Source: Eledone cirrhosa (lineage: Eukaryota). Taken from it: DNA of 64,000 nt. Positions 54,920 to 64,000 of the stretch are shown one piece after another (position 1 is the stretch's first letter; every line of letters begins with the position of its first letter). The stretch spans positions 202,678,001 through 202,742,000 of the forward strand of contig OZ024741.1 in the NCBI GenBank assembly GCA_964016885.1, in the 5' to 3' direction. A program made the translations under genes and the position numbers. The notes under the pieces are model-generated. The model saw only the letters and a program-made list of their open reading frames with translations. It was not told the origin of the DNA and searched no databases.

Positions 54920-56400
54920 ACGTTCGGAAAGTTCTGAGAATCTAGGAACACATCCTGTCAACTTTGGTGTTTATGTGAGTACTCCAGCTTAAGTTTTTGT
55001 CAACAATTACTCCAACTTCTCTGGTGTTGTTTGATGTTGTTTGGTGATGCCCGATGGAAGAGAATATGGTAACTTCAGTGCATCCTCTTTTCCAAAGTGG
55101 ATTAATTCAAATTTATCCTTGTTTAGTCGCATATTGTTTTAGGCTGCCCATTGGATAACAGTGAGAAGATCCGATGGATGTTGTGTCCGGATTTCCACTC
55201 AGTTGATGACCTTCTGGATCTTGGAATCATCTCCAAAAATTCATCTTGCTGTACTTGATGACCTCTAAAATGTCATTTATGTAGATAATGAAAAGAAGCG
55301 GGCCCAGCATAGTGCCTTGTAGGACTCCACTACTGACTTTGGCTGAATTTGATGTATTTCTTCGACCACAACATGTTTGAATCTGTTTGTCAGGAAACCT
55401 TTAATCCACAAATTCCAATGCTGGATATTTTTTTTTAATATGATGTTGTGATCGACACCGTCAAACGCCTTGCTGAAATCAGAGTAAATAACATCCCAAA
55501 GCTTTTAGTATGTCATCAAAGTGATGCAGAAGCTGCGCCAGGCCGTCCCAGCCATCACGGAACCCATGCTGGCTGGAGTTCAGCAGATTGTTCCTTTCAA
55601 AGAAATGAGTTATTCGTGATCTCACGACCCTCACAAATTCCTTGATGATATGAGAGGTGAGTTTCTCCAAAGATTAGCAAGAGGGGATACAAGTTGATGC
55701 TCGCATTTCTTCAGGATACTAGCAAGGAACCTACTGGCGCCTACTGCTGAGTTATTTATTAGTGCTAATATATCAGGTGCGCCAAACATTATATCAGATA
55801 TATCGTGTTGGGAGTTTACTGTCCAGATCAACCATATCAGAATTGCTGAAAATAGAACAGCATTGTTTCTGTAGTATCTCAGTCACAGGTTTCGCATTAT
55901 CATTATCAGCCAGAGAGACAACGGTGGAGACAGCGACCTTGTGTTTTTTGGCAAATGAAAAGAACACACACTTGGATTGAGTTTGATTTTCTCAATGGCT
56001 CAGTTCTCAGCTGTTCTTTGGTTATTGAGGATGGTCTCCATGCTGCTTTGGGGGTTATGCTCTTTTGATTCAAGCAATAAAATAAGTCGAATGGATGTGT
56101 TGCTACTGGCAGTATTTTAGTTGGTTGATATTTGTTATTTATTTTTATTTTTCTAATGATAGTGCTTCTATCCCTGTGAATGCTGCACTTAGTTTTGGTC
56201 ACACCGTAGTATAGCGAATGATGTTTGCGTGGTTACTAAACACGAGTTCCAAAATGTGTTTAGTGTGAAATCTTGTAGGTGAGAACAAGTTGGGTTGTTT
56301 TTACTGTAGGTTTGGAGTTGGCTTACTTAGGTTTCCATTTTTATTTTTATTGGCGCGTAAGTCCCCTGGAGGTGAGTAAAGGGAAAATCATCACCTGTCA
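54920..56400 (-). mobile_element. Degenerate CR1-like LINE, same family as 4103-5541
   Basis: LTSHIIKEFVRVVRSRITHFFERNNLLNSSQHGFRDG; GVLQGTMLGPLLF; FGDDSK. Confidence 0.85.
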
Positions 56401-56715
56401 CGTTGGGGATATCGGCAGATTTTAGGATTCCGTGTTATGCAAACGGGTGTTTTTAAGTGTAGTTTAGATTTAGCAATTGGTGCTGGTGGCGATATCATTG
56501 TGGGATATGTGTTTTGGTGTTGGCTATTTATGTTTGTATGAATTGTGTGTTTTGTCCCAGGTAGACATGTTAATTTGCAGACATTGTTTGTACATAATCT
56601 GTTGCACATTGAATAAGCACTCGAAACGTTAACACCCTCTTTCTGCTATTTCAAGCGTTAACCTAATATATCCCTTCCATATGCTGTAGCGATTGTGTTG
56701 TTATTTCTGTTTACT

Positions 56716-56814
<99 letters not shown>

Positions 56815-57087
56815 CACACACACACATATATATCGTTTTTGAATTTGTTTTGCAAGATTTCTTATCTGAAAACGTGTGTTGAAACATATATTGTTATACT
56901 TTGGGAGAGTCATGTTGCCAATAAAAACACACGCACCTGTTGGTTTTCACACAGAAAAAGATGGTAGGACACAAAATAAAAACCTATTCATTGAAGAGGT
57001 CACAGAAAACGCGGCGAAAGCGCGTTGACAATATATAAACAACCATTCGGTTATCGAACCAACAAACCGGAAATTTATAATAAATTG

Positions 57088-57174
57088 AAGTGAAAACCAA
57101 CAGGTGCGTGTGTTTTTATTGACCCTCCCAAAGTATAACAATATATATATTTTTCAACATAAACATATACAAAC

Positions 57175-57214
<40 letters not shown>

Positions 57215-57301
57215 GTTTGTATATGTTTATGTTGAAAAATATATATATTGTTATACTTTGGGAGGGTCAATAAAAACACACGCACCTGTTGGTTTTCACT
57301 T
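57088..57301. repeat. Perfect palindrome of a PLE family A terminus centred on (TA)n
   Basis: About 90 bp arms around the TA run at 57179-57211; a second such structure at 57317-57582. Confidence 0.9.
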
Positions 57302-57449
57302 GAATTTATTATAACCACGATATACTAAGGTTAGATAACTGCTGCAATCTACATGTGTGGGGATATACATACACACATACACACACACACACACATATCT
57401 ATATATATATATATATATATATATCAATATATACATATACAACCCCATA

Positions 57450-57518
<69 letters not shown>

Positions 57519-57723
57519 ATGTGTGTGTATGTATATCCCCACACATGTAGATTGCACCAGTTATCTAACCTTAGTATATCGTCGTTTGATTGTGTTGATG
57601 GAACAGTATTTCTGTGGAGGCGGATGTCGGCGTCACTGTACAGAAGATGTAATTAATGTGCTCTTCCCTCCTTCAGCCACACACAAACACACACACACTC
57701 TCTGTCACACACACATACACACA

Positions 57724-57795
<72 letters not shown>

Positions 57796-59264
57796 CACAC
57801 ACACAGGCACACACACCCGCAGACATACACACATACACACACAAACAAACACAAACACATAAAGGCACATACATACACACACATACACACACATACACAC
57901 ATACACACATACCCACTCATATACATGCACGCATACACGCATAGACACATATAAATACACATACACACATACGTACACTCACACAAAATAAATACTCACA
58001 CATATATTCGTTATGTGAGTGATGGCATACAAATGAGTATAAATATACACAGACAACCACATACACACAGTCACACATGCAGTCATAAACACACACACTG
58101 ACATAGTCACCCACTCAGTCATTTACACACGCACATACAGAAACACACATTCACATACACCCTCACATAGACACACATTCACACATATACACACCTACAT
58201 ACTCACGCAATACACACATGTATATTCACATATGCACACATGCGCACACACACACACACACGCATCATCATTGAGATAAGGAATAAGGTCAAGTCTTGAG
58301 ATTTTCTGAAGAACTAAGTGAAAACTAGTGTCAGCAGTAAATAGTTCTGGAGAACAACTGCAAGGGAAAGGAAGGCAGTAAGGTAGGAAGGAAGGATTGT
58401 AAAATAGTACGATAGAATGATGGTGGGGGAGGGGATCAACTGATGACAGGACCTAATGAAAAGATGGCAATTTGTAGAAAGTCCCTATTAAGGAAGCGAG
58501 AAAAAATAGTTGATAAACAACCGGATATATGTTCAAGAAACGTCGCTATTTTTTTCTTTGCTTATTTCAAAGATAAAAGAATGAGATAATACCTGGAGGT
58601 TCAGGGATAATACGAAATAAAAATTTGTGACGTTCCATTACTTTCATGTTTTGTTTATTATTGCCGTTGTTTTATAGAGAAACTGTTTTCTATTGGCTCC
58701 TGTGGAGAGAGAAGCTAGTCCAACTGTTGTTATCTCACACGAGACTTAATGTATCTCACCTCCATTATAACTATCTTTCACAATACCAGCTTTCTCTTAT
58801 TATCTTATTCCAATTTTTCTATCGTTCTTTCGTCCATCTCCTTCTCATTCTTATATCAAAGGCGCCAAAACTGCAAAAAACAATTACCTAGGCTAAGGAG
58901 GGGCGGGTTCTGGGCTGGAGTGGGGATACTGTTATCGCTACTCATCTAAGACTTTTTGAATGTTAGCAAATCAAAATAACAAACTTAATCTGAAGGAGGC
59001 CATGCAAAAGTGAGAAATTGAATGCAGGTTGAAAATGACTGCATAGTAAACAGAAGTGATCTTGTCACGTTGAGTAATACAGTTAATGGTATAATTCAAT
59101 GGAATCAACGATTAGAGAAAGTTTTATCTCTTCTGTAAAAGAAGACATGGGGCATAGTTACTTCACTAACTCATACACTGCCCTAATGTACTAATGTACT
59201 AATATAGTAAATTGTAATTCAATAATTCAGCAATGATGTGATATCGGAATATTATATATATAAT

Positions 59265-60165
59265 TAATCATCGTAATATATCGACTGATATTAACCATCC
59301 CAATAGATCAATTGATATTAACCATCGTAATACATCAATTAATATTAACCATCGTAATACATCAATTAATATTAACCATCGCAATACATAAACTGATATT
59401 AACCATCGTAATATATCAACTGATATTAACTATCCCAATATATCAGCTGATATTAACCACCCTAGTATATTAACTGATATTAGCCATCCCAATATATCAA
59501 CTGATATTAGTCATCTAAATTTATCAACTGATATTAACCATCCCAGTATATCAGCTGATATTAACCATCGTAATACATCAATTAATATTAACCATCGTAA
59601 TACATCAATTAATATTAACCATCGTAATACATCAATTAATAATAATCATCGTGATACATCAATTAATATTAACCATCGTAATATATCGACTGATATTAGC
59701 CATCGTAATATATCAATTAATATTAACCATCCCAATATATCAATTAATATTAACAATCCCAATATATCAATTAATATTAACCATCCCAATATATCAACTG
59801 CTTTTAACCATCGTAATATATCAACTGATATTAACCATCGTAATGCATATATTAACTGATATTAACCATCGTAATACATCAATTAATATTAACCATCGTA
59901 ATATATCGACTGATATTAACCATCGTAATATATCAATTAATATTAACCATCCCAATATATCGATTGATATTAACCATCCTAATATATCGACTGATATTAC
60001 CCATCCCAATATATCGACTGATATTAACCATCCCAATATATCGACTGATATTAACCATCCTAATATATCGACTGATATTAACCATCCCAATATATCAGCT
60101 GATATTAACCGTAGTAATGCATCAAATAATATTAACCATCGTAATATATCAATTAATATCAACTC
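59265..60165. repeat. 27 bp tandem minisatellite, about 33 copies
   Basis: Unit TATTAACCATC(GT/CC)AATATATCAACTGA. Confidence 0.96.
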
Positions 60166-60237
60166 TCCTAGATGATAGATTAATATTGAACAGCAATTAC
60201 AATTCTACTAGTTTTATTTGCTTCGAAATCACTAGAC

Positions 60238-60325
60238 GTATCTGAGGAACTTGCGAATCCAGAGTCAGGTTCGATCCACAAACAGTCGCACCTCGAGCTG
60301 TTCGCCGGAGAAACAATTGTAATAC
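60238..60325 (+). ncRNA. Type I hammerhead with long stem II insert
   Basis: GTAT-CTGAGGA-ACTTGCGAA...TTCGCCGGA-GAAA-CAATTG-TA-ATAC; 5'-truncated homolog at 15177-15295. Confidence 0.7.
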
Positions 60326-60446
60326 ATAATAAATTGTGTTCCGATGTATCACTGATTCTTCGTTTTCCATATATATATATATATATGGAAAAAAATGGCG
60401 TAGGACAGAACAAAGGAGAGGCACAGAAACAAAGAAAGGAATCCCC

Positions 60447-60491
60447 AGTCACTGAAGAGGTCACAGAGTGTGTGACGAAAGGACTATGACT
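60447..60491 (+). ncRNA. Minimal type I hammerhead, PLE family A, intact
   Basis: AGTCA-CTGAAGA-G-GTCACAGAGTGTGTGAC-GAAA-GGAC-TA-TGACT within terminus 60390-60707, nearly identical to 6117-6432. Confidence 0.88.
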
Positions 60492-60703
60492 ATATATAAA
60501 CAACTATCTGGTTGTGGAACCAACCAACCAACCAGAAATTTATAGATTTATAAACTTGTAAATTTATAAATATATAATAAACTGAAGTGAAAGCAACTGG
60601 TGCGTGTGTTTCTTATTGGCAACATGACCCTCCCAAAGTATAACAATATCGGTTTCAACACACGATTTCAGATAAAGAATCTTGCTAAACAAATTCAGAA
60701 ACG

Positions 60704-60741
<38 letters not shown>

Positions 60742-60796
60742 GTGAGGTTTTTTTTACAAATTGAAAAATAACCGAGGTGTCCTACACGAGTGAAAG

Positions 60797-61098
60797 TATA
60801 AAGAAAAAGAGATGAAATCGAAAATGCAACTGGAGTCTTATTTAAAAAAAATATATATATATTTATTTGGTTCCTTTACCGGTTTCGCAGTTCTTCTGCT
60901 TTTCAAAAGTAGAGTTGAAATGGAGGGTCTGTGGTTTTTCTCACATCAGATGTGAGAAAAACCACAGACCCTCCATCTCAACTCTACTTTTGAAAAGCAG
61001 AAGAACTGCGAAACCGGTAAAGGAACCAAATAAATATATATATTTAAAAAAAAAGTAAGACTCCAGTTACATTTTCGATTTCACCTCTTTTTCTTTAT
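60797..61098. repeat. Near-perfect palindrome, about 150 bp arms, with variant hammerhead
   Basis: Centre at 60948; 60987-61022 reads CTT-TTGAAAA-GCAG-AAGAA-CTGC-GAAA-CCGG-TA-AAG. Confidence 0.9.
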
Positions 61099-61203
61099 AT
61101 ATATATATATATATATATATTTAATACATTAACAGAGAAAGTTTTAAGCAATACTCCGAGCGGCTTCCGTCTCACTCAACAAACATCAGGATATACCTTG
61201 GTA

Positions 61204-61829
61204 TAATACGGGATGTTTGTTTACAAACACACCGAGCATTATAATAAATGTTCGGTGAATCCATACGTACATATATATATGTGTGCATGTATGTATATAT
61301 ATATATATACTACTGTAAATCTGTATACATATGTGTATGTACGTGTACATACTTATATTTAAGTAACAGCCGTACTAAGAGTGGGAAATGAAATTTCGTT
61401 TCATTTTTTCCGTTTATCGTTTTCGGTGCACCCGGCCTATTAACCCACTCGATATGCAAATTGAGCTACTCAGCCGTTAATATCTAAGTAAGGTAAGTAT
61501 ATACGTTCAACAATCTGGCAGGAAGGTATACGTTGCTGACGATAGCTAATAAGCTTGAAACTAGTACAGCGTTCCTTTGTCAGTGTTGAACAAACGAGCA
61601 ACGATGGTTGCTGGACACTACGGCTTAATACGGGATGTTTGTTTACAAACACACCGAGCATTATAATAAATGTTCGGTGAATCCATACGTACATATATGT
61701 ATGTGTGCATGTATGTATATATACATACTACTGTACGTCTGTATACATATATGTATGTACGTATACATACTTATATTTAAGTAACAGCCGTACTAAGAGT
61801 GAGAAATGAAATTTCGTTTCATTTTTTCC

Positions 61830-61835
<6 letters not shown>
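61204..61835 (+). mobile_element. Retrozyme-like element, 1.5 copies of a 422 bp monomer
   Basis: TAATACGGGATG at 61204 and 61626; ends in (TA)n. Confidence 0.8.
61531..61571 (+). ncRNA. Type I hammerhead, intact
   Basis: CGTTG-CTGACGA-T-AGCT-AATA-AGCT-T-GAAA-CTAG-TA-CAGCG. Confidence 0.88.
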
Positions 61836-61886
<51 letters not shown>

Positions 61887-61986
61887 TATAGTTGAGACAG
61901 TAAACAAAAATAAAAAAACAACGTGGAAGCGAAGAAGCAGTACAAATGTTAATATTAGTTTCACGCTTGAGAGTGGGGGTGGGGGA

Positions 61987-62017
61987 CGACGTTTCGGGCA
62001 TAAGCCCTTCATCAGGA
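61987..62017 (-). ncRNA. Minimal hammerhead core, family B
   Basis: CTGATGA-A-GGGC-TTAT-GCCC-GAAA-CG-TC; stem I very short. Confidence 0.75.
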
Positions 62018-62547
62018 GAAAAGTGGGCAGGGAAAGAGTTCCAAGGGTGTGAGAGGGAGTGGTGGAAAGACATTAAAAAGGGGGGGGGGATTTTTAGAGG
62101 GTAAAAACATTAAAATGAAACAAGTGGCGTGTAGGGGTGGTGGCGGGTGGAGGGGGTAGGGCAAAGGGAGACGGGGGATCCAAGCGGGGAGGGCTGAAGG
62201 TGGTGTGTGTGTGTATCTGTGTAGGTGTACGTGTGTGTGTATGTGTGTGGATGTGAATGTGAGAGTTGGGGGAAGAACGAGGTCCATGTTCGGGTAATAG
62301 GGAAACGGGTGTGTACATAGGGTGGGGTGAAAGTCGGTGTGTGTGTGCGTGTGGATGGAGAGGGGTCAGATGGGGGTGGGGGAGAGGGGGCGTGTGGAGT
62401 CCGGAGGCTGAGTATGTGTATGTGAAGATATGAACGTGTGTGTGGGTGTGTTTTTTTGTGTGGTGTGTGTGTATGGTTGCGTATTGCGAAAATAGTGTAA
62501 GTGTTTGTGTGTATATATATATATATATGGGCGTGTGTGTATACATA

Positions 62548-62596
<49 letters not shown>

Positions 62597-62751
62597 CTCG
62601 TTTACATGAGACTGACCAGCCTATCTGCTGATATGCAAATCTGACTGATCAGTCAGTCTGCTAATAAGAAACTCAGGCCCATCACTCACTGTATATTTTA
62701 GAAAATATCATATATTTTCACTAACTATGACAGTTGGCAGGTAAACAGTAT

Positions 62752-62798
62752 ACTGTACTGATGAAGGGTAATCACCCAGAAACATTACTATCTGCAGT
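62752..62798 (+). ncRNA. Type I hammerhead with decayed stem III
   Basis: ACTGTA-CTGATGA-A-GGGT-AATC-ACCC-A-GAAA-CATTACTA-TC-TGCAGT. Confidence 0.7.
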
Positions 62799-63196
62799 TC
62801 TGTTTATATGCCCACACAAGAGCAAGAATTACGGCGTTATTCTACTGACATGGCTTTAAAGAGCCAGTTTGCATAATTGCAAACGAATCGAATATTATTA
62901 TTAATATTCGAAAAAGAGCTGTGATTGGCAGTATCGGTTAAGCGCCGGATAACATGCTTTGTAGCATAGATTTACGGCCCTTTACGTTCTGCGTTCAAAT
63001 CCCGCCGAGGTTAACTTTGCCTTTCATCCTTACAGGGTCGATAAAATAAAGCACCAGTAACACACTGGGAGTTGACTAAATCGACCCCCCCCCCCAAAAA
63101 AAAAAATTGCTGGCCTTGTGCCAGAAACCATCGTTAATATTCGAAAAACTCAGATGACATTTATTGTATTCAGCTATGTAGATCGATAAACTATTT

Positions 63197-63262
<66 letters not shown>

Positions 63263-63278
63263 GTATATATATATATAG

Positions 63279-64000
63279 ATGGAAAAGAATGAAATGAAAT
63301 CTCATTTCTCACTCTTAGTACGGCTGATACTTAAATGTAAGTATGTATACGTACATACATATATGTATACAGACGTACATTAGTATGTATATATATATAC
63401 ACATACATGCACACACATATATATATGTACGTATGGGTTTACCGAAGATTTTTTATAATGTTCGGTTTGTTTGTAAACAAACAGCCCGTATTAAGCCGTA
63501 CAGCGTTTGGCAACCATCGTTGCCCTTTTGTTCAACACTGACAAAGGAACGATGAACTAGTTTCAAGCTTATTAGCTATCGTCAGCATCGTATACCTTCC
63601 TGTCAGATGATTGAGCGTTTGAAAGTATATACTTTCCTTATGCATATTAACGGCTGAGCAGCCTAATTTGCATATCGAGTGAGTTAGTCGGCCGGGCGTA
63701 CTGAAAACGATAAATGGAAAAGAATGAAATGAAATCTCATTTCTCACTCTTAGTACGGCTGATACTTAAATGTAAGTATGTATACGTACATACATATATG
63801 TATACAGACGTACAGTAGTATGTATATATATACATACATTCACACATATATATATACGTATGGGTTTACCGAACATTTATTATAATGTTCGGTCGGTTTG
63901 TAAACAAACAGCCCGAATTAAGCCGTACAGTTTTCACCAACCATCGTCGCCCTTTTGTTAAACACTGACAAAGGGACGATGAATTAGTTTCAAGCTTATT
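63279..64000 (-). mobile_element. Retrozyme-like tandem element, about 430 bp monomer, runs off window
   Basis: Diverged inverse homolog of 61204-61835; ATGGAAAAGAATGAAATG at 63279 and 63714. Confidence 0.8.
63550..63590 (-). ncRNA. Type I hammerhead, intact
   Basis: CGATG-CTGACGA-TAGCTAATAAGCTT-GAAA-CTAG-TT-CATCG; next copy starts at 63977. Confidence 0.9.

Noticed and set aside
59651-60245. Repeat protein (DINHPNIST)n
   Set aside because: 27 bp minisatellite read-through; other units contain the same repeat outside the ORF.

Overview
AT-rich, non-genic eukaryotic (animal) DNA. The SINE families and extreme (TA)n/(CA)n/(TACA)n density suggest a cephalopod, probably Octopus (inference from recall, not searched). 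I found no intact host gene; nearly all listed ORFs are microsatellite or satellite read-throughs. The window is a mosaic of decayed non-LTR retrotransposons (RTE, CR1-like, R4/Dong-like, CRE-like), Penelope-like elements (PLE, RT plus GIY-YIG), tRNA-derived SINEs, two Helitron derivatives, a hAT MITE and several satellites. The main unannotated signal is about 30 type I hammerhead ribozyme (HHR) motifs, read by eye (stem I-CUGANGA-stem II-GAAA-short stem III-NUH-stem I), in more than ten sequence families. They lie in small non-coding modules embedded in (TA)n as tandem multimers (466 bp and about 425 bp monomers, retrozyme-like), fold-back palindromes or PLE termini. Stems covary between copies, one motif has a U3-A8 core variant and several have large stem II insertions. 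Coordinates were counted by hand and element boundaries are approximate.
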